A DNA stretch of 36,942 nucleotides from Paraglomus brasilianum (lineage: Eukaryota). Shown here one piece after another: positions 10,552 to 23,149 of this stretch (positions are counted from its first letter, which is position 1; each line of letters opens with the position of its first letter). The DNA lies in contig CAJVPI010000280.1 in assembly GCA_910592345.1 (NCBI GenBank), positions 1-36,942 of the forward strand, in the 5' to 3' direction. The notes under the pieces are model-generated. The model had not been told where the DNA came from, did no database searches, and worked only from the letters and a program-made list of their open reading frames with translations. The position numbers were made by a program, and so were the translations under genes.

Positions 10552-13500
10552 TCCCAAGTCGATTAACAATAGATGGGGAGTACGATTTATTAAAGTTACT
10601 GGAGCTTTGATGCAACCGAATAATTCTTATACGCTTTAAGTTGCTGCACTACTGATTTATTTCGAGTATCTATGAATTCGAGCTATGCAATTTCTCTCTT
10701 TTTGATGTACGGAGTTTTAAACAGAATTTTCGTCGTCCGCTCTCTGTTTCAATTTAAATACAAATATGTGAATTAAAAATTTTCAAAGCGTTCCCGCCTG
10801 CAAATAAGCTTCCGGCAACTCTTTATGTTGTTCTACAAACCATTTTGCATTTGTTTTTCCGGTATGAGATCAACGATTCCCAATGTACCGTGGCTCATTC
10901 TCGCAGATGGCCGAATAATAAGCATCGCAGTTAATTGTCAATGGAAACAACGCAATCTACATAAATAGTGGCAATAATAAGAGCCACAGAATAATATTAT
11001 CGCCATTGTCTTGTATTGATAGAGACACATATTATTTCCTTCTACTGTTTTGTGTACGATTGACAAGAAATTTCAGCCACTTTGTTGCTTTTATTTGTGA
11101 ATCAATGGTTGTTGTAAGCGTAAAGGGCCGACTTAACCATATCGGGCAGATAAAGCATCAAGAGCGGCGAACATCCCCGACCCGACAACTAAGATGTATC
11201 TTCATTATCATTACCATATATGATTTCTGTTCTCCATTTCCGACATATCGTGTAACAACTGAAGTGATACTGTAATATTATATAATGACAAAGGCATTAT
11301 GAAATCACAATGAAATACGATCCCAAAGAATGAAAATGCTGGTTAGTGCACGAGAACAGAATCCTATCACAAATCGTAGACAGTATCGGGAAGTATCAAC
11401 AGACTAATACAAAAAGAGCAAAGAAGTAGCTGGTGGTGCGTGCGCCTTATAAGCGATATCTATTTCCACTCATTTCATGTAACTTTTCTAATAATAACCA
11501 CTTTACTATGTTAAACTTTTATGCATTTCAACAAAAAAGGCAACCAATTCGCACACACAACGCAGAAAGTACAATCGACATACAGTATTAGTATATTGGT
11601 TACTATATTCGGTTTATGCCCCTAATATCCATAGTTTACTATTCAGTAACTCTTAAACTTGACGTCAGTTGTGCAGACCTTAGTAGTTATATATGGAAAC
11701 ATTGCAACAAAAGCCCTAAGTTATCAAACACGAAAATAAAGTGTCTTGTTATTATGATCAACTATATCTTGCAGGTGTAATCGCCGAGGGGCATCCTAAT
11801 TGCTGATACAGGAGGAGACAGTTATCGTCGGCTTTAATATGCAAGAATGGCATTATCATGCGGACATCCTCAAGGACAATTACTCAATTAGATCTTGTCA
11901 ATTATGTTGATAACATTATCAAACCCAATTTTCGTACAGATCAATGTCAAAGGCTAGGAATTTCTTAAATTTATAATACGTCCTCTCGTATATATACTAG
12001 AATCAAAGACACATCGATCAGAGTTTAGCTGTTTGTGATTTTATTTACTTGTCCCCTTACCATATTGCGCTCTCGGGCCTTGGCTGCAAATCGGACGTAA
12101 TTTACAATAGGTTTACTGCACTGCTGTGTTTCTAATGAAGTAACATGTTATCATTGGTAGCTTTATAGAAAAAAGGAAATTATTTTGAATCCTATGTTGA
12201 TTGTTTCTACACAGTAAAATGGTCGGAGACATGCCGTTAAAAAGGGGGGCATCTTTTATTTTTGATTATTTTAAAATTGTCAAACAAAATCATGTTGTGC
12301 TGCTACAATGAATTCCGAGTATATAGCTCTAATGCACCATAACTCGGATATCGGAAAAATAAGTTATAAATCATCATCGTTTTTTTTTCTTCCTTCTTGT
12401 GTAAAGTTTCAATAAGCATTCCTAAAAAGGTTGGCATGAGACACAACATTTTGGCGATCGAATCAAAGTTCGATTTCTGTATTCTATTGCATGTGTTTAT
12501 ATATATAACCGATGTTCTTCATTTATTATTATGTACTTGCAACATGTTTTTTTCCTAACTCCAGTATCTTTAGACGCAGTGGTACAACAAAGGTCTAATA
12601 CTAATGATAAAAATAGGGGCTCTTAAAAGAAAAAAAGAAAAGAGGATTGCATAAGGTTTTGACTTTAGATGTGCGTTGCGAGTGGATGATAAATATATAA
12701 GGATATATAGCACAATTAAAAGAATTCGAAGATCCTTACAGCACTTCTTTAGTACGCATCATTAATTGGATATTCTACAACATGCTGACCCAAGCCCAAC
12801 CATTTTTCCGTATACACGACATTTTGAATTACTGATTATCGCTAGTCTGAATTATCAATGTTTACAACCAAATAACACATGTTCTTCTAATACAGTTTGT
12901 TAGTGCCAAGTTATATGCGCCCAAACGTTATGGTTATCCACCAATCAAAAATTTGGGGAATATTTACTAATTAAAAAAGAGTAGGGCAAATGGGAAGAGC
13001 TATTCTATTTTTAGCATTCAGATCCGCTTATGGTAATACAAATAAAGCTGTCAAACAATCTGACTATTTAGTATCTTCTAACGCTCTAAGACTGTATAAT
13101 GCATATGCTGCCAAGAAGGTTTGTTTTGTAATGCCCATACTTGATTGGAACGTTCTTCTTATCGTCCTTTTAAAAGGAATGGTTCAAGTTGTGTAACCGT
13201 GCAAGTCAAATTCTTAGATACTACGAATATTTCAAATCTATTTCAAATACTATTATAAATGTCTTTGTTATTGGTATTTTTAACCTTCCAAGATTGATTG
13301 TGAGAAGAAAAAAAGAATAATACCTGCAAATATAACCACTGTGGATACGTACGACGGTTGTCATTATGCTTTCTGTGGTGATATGAAACGTTGTATTTAG
13401 ATAGTTTGTAATAAGAAACATTGAATGAAAGAAGACCCAAGACGTTTGAAGCTCTGTTTGTTTCGTTCTATAATTAACATTAATATTAAGTAAACATAAA

Positions 13501-14218
13501 TACAGTTACAGATTTGATTCTCCATTTTGGAAATCATACCCGCTCACCTCACATGAGGTAAATTTGCATATAAACAAGGGGTAAAAAGGAAAAAAAAATC
13601 ATTTTTCGAACCGACAAACTAATTGACATTAACCGACTTATTGATCAAACCAATTAAAGCTTACAAAATAAACCATTGTTGACTACCCGTCTTTACAAAC
13701 ATTTAATCATACGCTTTCCATAGTACAAGATATCAATGAATTCTTCAAAGACAATAACGGGAATATATTGTAACGCAAAACCAAAGAAGATCAGAAGAAA
13801 GCAATGGAGAAAGAAAGAACAGCAGATGCAGTCGCGCGGACGTTGGTTATTTTCTAGCTATTATATTAGACTAGGATAAAATTGATCGGATGGTAAGCTT
13901 TTTGATGAAGCGTATATGGACTATATTGTAGTGTGACAACGATACTATATATTAACCAAGATTATAGAATATTCGCAGAGTGAGGAAAAGACTGGAATCA
14001 CCAGCATCCCTTTCCTGAAACTCCATCTCCACAACTTAGGGAAGAGTTAGAAAATCTGACCCTATTTAGTAATCGGGGGTGAAGTAGTGTTGACGAGAAC
14101 GCTATCGCTTGAAATGACAAGAAGATTCTTTGATTTCAAACAGTTTATTCCGAAACACTGTAAATGTAGATACAATTCTTTTAATTCTTTTCCCATTACC
14201 ATTATGCAATGTTGATAG

Positions 14219-14323
14219 AATACTTAATATTCGATTGTCGGTTGTGTAAGCGGTTTTACAATACTTAATATTCGATTGTCAGTTGTGTAAGCCTTTTTTA
14301 CAATACTTAATATTCGCTTGTCA
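14219..14323. repeat. Tandem repeat, 41-42-bp unit, about 2.5 copies
   Basis: AATACTTAATATTCGATTGTC(G/A)GTTGTGTAAGC..TTTTAC units start at 14219, 14260 and 14302 (last partial). Confidence 0.95.
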
Positions 14324-14733
14324 TATGAACATTGTACCCTGGTTTCACACTAGTATCTTTTTCCCCTTTCTCTTTTCATCTACACATTTGTAAATTGCCT
14401 TCCAATAAACATAATGTCATTATAGATTCCTTTGCGTAAGATCCCGTCGTTTGTTAGAGTTGTACCAATTGACGTATTACATGTGTAAAAACCGTCCTGC
14501 ATGGATAAAAATAAACCAGATTATTGATATCAGATGATGGAATACACAAATTTGAGAAACCATATTTACAGGGTTTATTTGTGAATCAAAATGGTGAATC
14601 TTTCGAATGTAACAAAGATGTTGTGATATCGTCCATCTCACGAGTCATATGCATCAAGCAGATGCCTGTATTGTTTGTTATGCATTCTGTAGGTTATGCA
14701 TTGAATCGCCCTTTTCCTTCATTGGATCAGCTG

Positions 14734-14823
14734 CTTATTAATTATAGCGATGACACTGCTTCACTTATTAATTATAGCAATGACACTGCTTCACTTATTA
14801 ATTATAGCAATGACACTGCTTCA
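14734..14823. repeat. Tandem repeat, 30-bp unit x3
   Basis: CTTATTAATTATAGC(G/A)ATGACACTGCTTCA at 14734, 14764 and 14794; one mismatch overall. Confidence 0.97.
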
Positions 14824-16359
14824 ATGATGTTCATTTTTTTTTTAATTTGCATGGAATATTCCAGTTCAAAAATAGAGATAGCAAGTGGTATCACTCCCAC
14901 TATCGCGGCGCGGACAATGGATTTAAACACAATGTCAGTTTGGGTAATGTGAGTGGATAATGCAATATGTAAGGCGGTCAAGTGATAATACACATACATA
15001 GATCATGTTATTAATACGTCCAAATTGATAAAATATAGTTATAAAAATAGAATTACTTGCATATATTTAGAAACAAATAAATTTTTTACCATCTGCCAAT
15101 TGTCATTGAGGCTAAAAAGTGTTTGTTGGCGAACAAAGACTGACACAATCAGATAAGATTGTGATACTCATTCATTGCAAACTTATTAACCCCATATCGG
15201 TGCAATCATGATGAATGGGATTGAACTAATATAACTATAGTAATGGCTGTTGGTGGGGGTGGTTTTATTTTCTATTTGATTACGTTATCTATTGTTTACA
15301 CTAATTTGGCAATCTCTAATAGACAATCACTCACTGTAAGCAAATTTTGACAATGTAAGCTTATCGTTATGGCAGCTTGTAACGCAAAATTTTATTATAT
15401 TGTCATTTATGATATTGTCATTGTATGCCCAAATATAGTTTTCCGTACTACTTCTGGAGAGTTAGCTCCGGATGAGATTGATAAAAAATTCGAGTCAACA
15501 TGAGCGGAGGGCAAGTCCGTATGAGTTGCTAAATATGTATTTATATTTGCGTTGTGTTACTCAAATAAGTAAATTTTTTGCTGCCACGTAATACCACAGG
15601 GTATATCTGTACAACAAACAGAAAACAAGATATGTCTTAAAGTTAAAATTTTAAAATAGATACAACTGGGATAGAGAGCGCCGTGAGAAACAAGTCGCTC
15701 GCTGTCACATGCCCTTATGATGTGATTATCCATCGCTCGCATGATTGGCCATAGCCCAGATTTTTTTTCGACTGGGGTTTAAGGAATGGGCTTAATCGGA
15801 GCGAGTCATAATTCAAACTCCGCGCCCTGCTTTTTTGACAATGATATCACCTTACAATAGCCCAAAAGCATCAATGCATTCATGAATCACAGCTATCAAC
15901 GTATCTCAGAAAACAATCGTTTTTTCTACGCATATTATTGTCTCTAACCAAAAATATACATTTTATTTTATACCGGATTACATTTACATTTACAATAATT
16001 TCCCCTACTAAGACATATGGGCGCCACAAAAAAGAAGAGGAATTACAAGAACAACAAGGGAAAATATTGACAGGGTATAATGTTAGAACAACGAAATAAT
16101 ACATAGGGTCTAGAGAATTTGTACATACTTGAACAACTATGGTAAACTTGAAAAAGTCACCAAAGCGTTTAACAAAAGCTTAATAAAATTTAGTCATCAT
16201 GGCTGCTTATAGTTCAGAAGGTTTGAGGAAATACTACATTTAATTCTATCCAGGTACTATATATATATGTAAAGAAAAAGAAACTCGTAAATTTGAAAAC
16301 GTTACTGTTGTCAAACTGGGTGGTGCGAACACCAATCCATATATATTGGCTAAACTCTT

Positions 16360-17227
16360 TTAGCCAGCAGTGCTCTTGCGCGACGTTTCTTCCACGAAAT
16401 TTGATTCACTTGTTGTATTACTTGAACATGCAGAGGTTTTCGGGTTATCACCATTAGTGTCACAAAGCTTCGAGTCTTCTTTCTGCGTGTCTTCTGTATC
16501 GCTTCCAACAAAACACCCGGAATCATGACGATACTGTTCGTTCCGACTTTTGTTCAGAGGCAACGGACCTGGATCGTAACCAATATCTAAATCGGCGGGC
16601 TCGGCTGTGATAACATCGCTAATACATATTCTGACTCTTTTTTGAATCTTTTCTTCACCGGCGCAATCACCATCTTCCTCTCGACAACGTTTTCCTTCAC
16701 TCTCCACAGGACTGCTCGGTGACGGGGTAGTCGTCGGACTGGCTTGAGGAGTCGGCAGACCAAGCTTTTGCTCCTCCGGTTCAGATTTGCAAAACGTAGC
16801 GTCTGGTGACAGGACCGGTAAGGGAATCGGCTCAGTAGATTGAGCTGTACTTGCCAGCTTATTGGTACCGGCTTGAATCACTTTAGTCGTCAGATCCAAT
16901 AATTGTCCAAGTTCTTCAAGAGTACACGCCGCAAAGTTATTCTTGTTGACCGTTTTGAATTCGGTTGAGCCCGACTAATGTGACACAAAAAGTTAGATAA
17001 TAATGTAAAAACATACAACTGAGACTCTTACTTACTGCTAGCTCCTCAATTGTTCCCAGTCTTTTCACAAAAATTTTTAAATAATTTGCTGATTCTTTGC
17101 ATTTGGTACAGTTTTTTGCAGGCGGCTTTTCACTCGGTTTTTGTTCCCGATTTACGAGCATTGGTTTACTCTTAGCGCGTGAACCAGAATTACGTTGTTG
17201 TTTATGACACTGCGATGAAGGGCGCAT
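16360..17227 (-). CDS. Hypothetical 268-aa protein: basic N-terminus, CxxC + coiled-coil motif, long S/T/P/acidic disordered tail; 2 exons (17227-17036, 16974-16360)
   Basis: GCA|GTAAGT donor, CTAAC branch point and CATTAG| acceptor define a 61-nt phase-0 intron that joins the two ORF-track ORFs in frame: MRPSSQCHK...AKNCTKCKESANYLKIFVKRLGTIEELA|SGSTEFKTVNKNNFAACTLEELGQLLDLTTKVIQ...RKSTAG*. TATATATAAA lies upstream near 17301-17310. Confidence 0.85.
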
Positions 17228-18320
17228 TTTTTTTTGTTGTTGTAAGTTGATATTTTTTCCGTGAGACGTGGGGTAGGTAGCAAGTCTTGTCCAAGGTATA
17301 TTTATATATATCTCGACAATGTCACACAACCGGTGCCAGCTCTCCGTCGAATCTTGTTACTATTACTGTGTTTGTACTTGCCAAAATATTTTCAATTTCT
17401 CATAGGCAGTCCTATGGACGTTCAAATTTGTTACATTAGCAGAGTGATTATAAATAGTCAGACAAAGATACAAGTCATACGAGGTTAACAATACTGCAGT
17501 TGCAGATAAGTGAACAATGTTCTATAATACTGCGCACTAATAATTGACAATGTCAACGAGACACTTGGGATAATGCAAGTCTCCATATTCAAACATGGCA
17601 GTAATAATGATTACAAATCCGATTTACGTTTATTGACAAACTATTGTTTCTTAACCATATTGTACTCTGTTGATCGTATTTTAGAACATGCTTTATACCG
17701 TACCTCTTTCCTCAAATAAAATCCCACTATTGAATACGTAGAGCATACGTTTAAAAAGACGACTAGTCTCGTCAAGAAACAACAAAGGCACACGCGATTT
17801 TGGATAAGAGCATCAGTATCCATTCCAGCAATGGACGATATGGTCAACACACGCTGTACGTATGCAAAAAACTGATTTTGTTGCTGATATGGTATTTCGT
17901 CGGTACCTGGGTCGCCTAGCCTTAAAAAACAGTTTAATAAACGTTTATTAGTCAATCCGAAGTAAGATAAAGCATATCATACACCATCAACAACCAATTA
18001 TCTTCATAGACATGGTTTTCAGAAAAAGAAAAGATGTTAATTTCTTGAATTATTAGCACTATGTACCATTGTTAAAAAAAAAGATTAGTGAAAGAGAATC
18101 AATAGATATATAGAAGCTTAACGAGATTTTGCAAACACTGATGGATATTTGCAGGAGGGAATAATTAAGAGCCCGCAAACTCAATGAGGAATAAGGCGTT
18201 TGTTACTTGTTGGATTGTGGATAGCCAGCCTTTGTCCGAACAATTTGGTAGTTACGATCGGTACATTTCATTTTTTCGCCAACTAAAACTTCACCCTTGA
18301 AATATTTGCAACAAACTACG

Positions 18321-18457
18321 CAGTGAAATTCACTTTAACAAAATCCCTTCATAACGAAGCTCTTTCTGGCACGAATTTACCTCGTATAAAAAGACAGCAA
18401 ACTTTCATGTTATGTTAACTGTGCGAATGAATGTCTTTGTTAAAGTGAATTTCATTG
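18321..18457. mobile_element. 137-bp pogo-type MITE
   Basis: 22-bp TIRs CAGTGAAATTCACTTTAACAAA (18321-18342) and TTTGTTAAAGTGAATTTCATTG (18436-18457) with 1 mismatch. The CAGT terminus is typical of Tc1/pogo. The TA TSD is not preserved. Confidence 0.8.
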
Positions 18458-21400
18458 TGTGTATAGTTATTCCTCCCTTATCATGCTCTCTTGTGTGTGT
18501 GCGCATCCTAGTGCATCCATCAATTATATATATTTTTGCTGAGAATACGCAACCAATAGGTAATAACACATATAGGTGCTAAATTTGATGTTTGTTCAAC
18601 AATGATAATCGTATAAGGTTTTTAATAAAGTATATCAACACTGTAGAATCATATGTGATGCAGTCGAAATAATTTCATTCGCCAAACGTATCGCGTAAGC
18701 TATGTTCACATGGCACTACAGTTAAGCCATATTATTGTATACTCCAAAGTAGCTAATCTTCAGCGCGATATTTACGTTTTGAGCTCTATTTCACTAATCT
18801 CTCCTTTCTATACAAGGTGCTTTACACTGTATTTAGCCATTGAACAATGCAGGGGTTGCGTTCAAACATTCTATGACGGATTTCCATGAAATACGTAAAC
18901 ATAAACAATAAAATATACCTTAATTGGGCGCAGAATGTCAACACAACCCGTAATTTTGAGTAGACGCAGTAAACCATTCGTATCTAAATGTATAAAAACC
19001 AACATCACTTGACCTTGTTTTCGGTATTCACATTTTCACACACATCACTTCTTTGTATACCATTAATGCTGTCGTATTCGGTGCTTTCCATTCCTCGATC
19101 CGAGCTTTGTTTGGCGAGTTGTGTATTGATATCAAAATTCCTTATCGGGTATTGTTCCACCATTGGCATGTTGTCCTACATTGTATAAGGCGGAAGCGGG
19201 CGGCGGGCGGAAGTCGGCAGCGGAGCAGTATAAGCCAACTACCAATTATTTATTAATAAGAGTGAGTATGAACATAAACGATAGAGCATGTGAGAGTGTG
19301 GGAATATGTGGCAAACGACTTTGTCTTATCATTCTTGGCAAGGGTTTCTCATTAAGGATAGCAGGTTGTTTGGATACGGAACATGTATTCCGTGATCGAA
19401 CCAAGTAATATAATTTTGGTATTTCATACCATTCTTGATAATTGTCTAGAACCCCGACTTTAAAAATCCTATAACTTGTATAAATAACTATTATGCACAG
19501 TATATCTTATACTAATATGAAAACAGTATTAACATTGAGGACAATCATCACATATTGTTGCACAAATATCTGGAAGACGTAAAACAACGCACTATTCTCC
19601 TTTTTAAAGTAATACACCAATCATTATTTGCCTGCAATAGTTATATTAAATTACAGAGTCCTGGTTTGCAAAAATTTGTGTATTGAATGTAATATACTTT
19701 TGCAACATCTGATAGTCCCAATAACAGCGTCTTAATTAAACCGCAGTTTTTTGCTTCTCAGAACTTTTCGAATCATAACAAATGTGAATAAAGTTGACAA
19801 AGTCATCTTCCAAAAAAAGTAAAAGTAATATCAATGACTCATCCATCGATGTCAGCTGATCAACTAGTATAAGCGCGTATAATGAGTACGTATATGGTAT
19901 GTGGGTAAATAAACAACGAACTGTTTGGATACAGATGCAATGTAAATTAAAAACATTGTTCTTATTTCGCATACGTAAAATCAAGTGGACGATCAGCTAA
20001 CTTGTATGAGTTAACAAGGTACGATTTCAATTAGTCTATGTAACATCCGCCGAAACTTCGTTGGAAGACTATACTCTTTTGATATTGTCTGCAAAGAAGA
20101 CAATAACTGCTGTCTCCCAATCATCTTCTAACAAACCAACAAGGAACTCAGTAAACTAGTGGCAGGGAGTAATATGTTTTACAGTCACTATGTATGCAAT
20201 GACTAATCTGAGGCGTTTCGGCTTATCGTTTTTGAATCATTTGTCTAATGTCAAGATAAAAATACCTAGACAACATGCTCCAGCGTTTTGCTCTATTAAG
20301 AATCTGTGCGCCAGTATCTATACTGAATACTCTCAATCCTTCGTTTGGTATCAAATATAGCACATACCTATGTAATTAAATACTAGCGTCCCTATGCTTA
20401 TCATTAACATAGTCTAATGTATTCATCATATCTGACTTTGATACAATAGGTAAGCGCAAGCTCGAATCAATAAGACAAATGTCCTCTAGTCAAATTTGAA
20501 CGCTTCCTCGCAAGCTTATTCTATCATTGTAGTCGATTTCTCAATAAGTTTTATTCCAGTACACGTTCTATGAAAGAGAAGCAAATTTTAACCTTTTCAA
20601 AAATGGGTTATTTACAATGTTTCAAGCAGAAAGGCGCGGAAGCAAAGCTCGGTTGCCTTTGCCCGGTCGTAGCTACAGTTTATAGTGACTAAAGCAAAAA
20701 ATTATTATTATTATGCAGGCTAATTAGCCTACTACCAACAATAAACTGCTATATTGCCTAGTATATACAAAATGGCTATCGCTATGTGTATTCTAACTTT
20801 GGGTCGGTTAATATAGACTCTCGTTAGAGTCTATGTACTATAAAAGTTATAACTGCTCGTATTATTTAATGTCACGGCAGGTATTCATTGTTAGAAAACA
20901 CCTTGGTTGTAGTTCTAGCTTGTTAAAATGTCACAAAACCGAATAAAATTCTGGCAAATAAAGAGTCTTTCACTTTTCTAACTAAATAGACATGCAACGA
21001 TAACATAGTACTATTGTTTTTTAAAGGTAAATACTCTTGTCTGCAAACTGCATGACTTTAAGAAATCTATTGCCTGTCCTTGAATGTTCAATGACAAGGA
21101 CTTATCTATCTGTTATCTGTTAAACTAGAATAGAACATAAGTTAGAAATAGGTTACTGCCTTATAGTTTTATTTAGTTATAATTCATTGTACAACTATGT
21201 ATCGTTTTTATTATCATATAATTTTTAGCTTGTTTAAATCTTCAGAACAAGATTAATACTTTGTAGTTAGATGAAATGAGCATAATTCCAGAAATATGTT
21301 GCCCCTAAATTGATCTACAGATTAAGGGGTAATTTAAGTTTTAAATAAAGTGTTTACAATAACGACAATGGAAAAAATGACCAGATTCGCGTTATTCGAA

Positions 21401-23016
21401 AAATTTATACAGTGTTGGAATTAAACTAGTAAATAAACTTCGAAGGTTTGGTTGGAGGAATTATTGGACGAAGGACTATTTTTAGCACTATAATCAAGGC
21501 CTAATGCTCATACGTAGAAGTTTTGCAAAAAAACACAGTTGAGACTGCCCGAGCTCCAATTTAAAACTGACTCATTTAATTATCTATAACTGCACGGCTT
21601 TTGATAACGCGCTTGCATTTAATAGATATAACGTCGCTTTACTGGGTTCTCTTTACTGGAGGTTTTTTGTATCTTTTAAAATCTTTTAGGAACTTGACGT
21701 TTTTATCACTTTTGCAGTTATTTGTCCTTAAATAAAAAGAATGAAAATAATACAGCCATTCTCAACAACCTGCCCCACAAAAATGCCATTGCAGAGTGTC
21801 CCAACTATTATTGTGCAAAAAACTATTTATAAACAACAGTTATCAACCATTCAATTAATATCAAGCAAGTCAGTCATATAAATTCTCAACGAATTTAATA
21901 TCAAATCTTTGACTACAAATATACCCATTTTATTCCTTAGAAAATTCTATTAATTATGCATTACCTGGTTATGAATACAATTTTCTATTTACAACATCCA
22001 ACACGGCTGAAAATCTGAAACAGTCGCATCAATAATTGTGGCTAGCTGACAAACAATTACTTATTATTTTGTTTTCCACTTTAAGATTATCGAAATAAAC
22101 ACTGATATTAAGATAATTATTATTGAATTGAATTGCAATCCACTAAGTCATTGAACAGCATATCTGTTTATATTAAAAACGTCATTTACAACAGATGCGT
22201 GTGCTACCAAGACGAAGTAGTACACAAAATAATAGTAAAACGTACATGCGTAATCAGTGGTTTCAATTGTCTCGCTAAAGGGGGGGGGACTATGGCTGGC
22301 AAGTTACACGGAAAGGTGGCAATACTAGACTTGCTAATGTAATTACGGGGGCAACACATCTCTAATCGCAGATTGGAATGAGTAAAAAGTCCTTTATTAT
22401 TACGTTGAAGAATTAGTTCTGTATTCTGATAAATTCCTAAGTTACCCACACATAGCAACGGCGTAAATCAAGAAACTCTTCACTGGTAACACATGCCAGA
22501 TTTCCCGTTAGCCTTTGTGCTATTTGGATTAGAGAATCAACATTTGCAAGTAGTCGAACTTGTTTCTTTGCTGACGCCCGATTTTATATGGCCTTGTATA
22601 AATTTCTACTCTAGTTATTACAAATGAATACTGCTGGTACTGATCGTGGGAGTATGGGTCGAGTTGCTGTCTCATCTAGAAAAAATCAAATCATTCAGAT
22701 TATCGAGGCGCTTCTATTTATTCATCATCTGATCGATCACACTGCATACCCATTACCTATCATCGCTCCACAAGCAAGCATGCCATTAAATTACGTTGCG
22801 ATACTCTTCAGGTGTGAGTGACTAGATGGATCGGGTTCGAATATAGGAATTGAAGAGTCCAAAAAAGATGTTCTAAAACAACCTCTCTTGCTCTCGGTTG
22901 AATATGAAGGTTATATGTCTTGGTGGGAATTAAAAGCTCCCTTGTGATAACTCACTTTGCGGCGGTTACGTAATAAAGAGATTTCATTATAATAGTTTCG
23001 GTGGATCAGTTGGACA

Positions 23017-23149
23017 GAAACATGCATTATCGAGTCGGGGCATGAATTGTGCGTTCGTCTTGGCTAGAGAATTCGGAGAGGAAACATGCATTATCGAGTC
23101 GGGGCATGAATTGTGCGTTCGTTTTGGCTAGAGAATTCGGAGAGGAAAC
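23017..23149. repeat. 64-bp tandem duplication with GAAAC microhomology
   Basis: 23017-23080 and 23081-23144 differ at one base. GAAAC starts both units and recurs at 23145-23149. Confidence 0.97.

Noticed and set aside
12640..13196. Possible F-box pseudogene (EDCIR, FRCAL, EDPY, PTIFPY fragments)
   Set aside because: Fragments are too short and need several frameshifts; cannot be supported without a search.
14219..14323. Repeats that could be mistaken for a CRISPR array
   Set aside because: Units are head-to-tail with no unique spacers, there are no cas genes, and the context is eukaryotic.
14524..14952. 142-aa ORF
   Set aside because: TTG start, length inflated by the 30-bp tandem repeat, and no recognisable domain or splice support.
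17641..17955. 104-aa ORF and other short ORF-track entries (e.g. 8729, 9040, 11006, 19736, 25428, 36208)
   Set aside because: Mostly non-ATG starts with low-information composition and no motifs; the 36208 ORF runs into a MITE.
20813..20834. Perfect 9-bp hairpin ATAGACTCT-CGTT-AGAGTCTAT
   Set aside because: Isolated, with no second copy, TSD or terminator context; plausibly chance or a collapsed MITE.
21408..21580. TA-CAGTGTTGG start followed by faint Tc1-like words
   Set aside because: Motifs are too degenerate to call.
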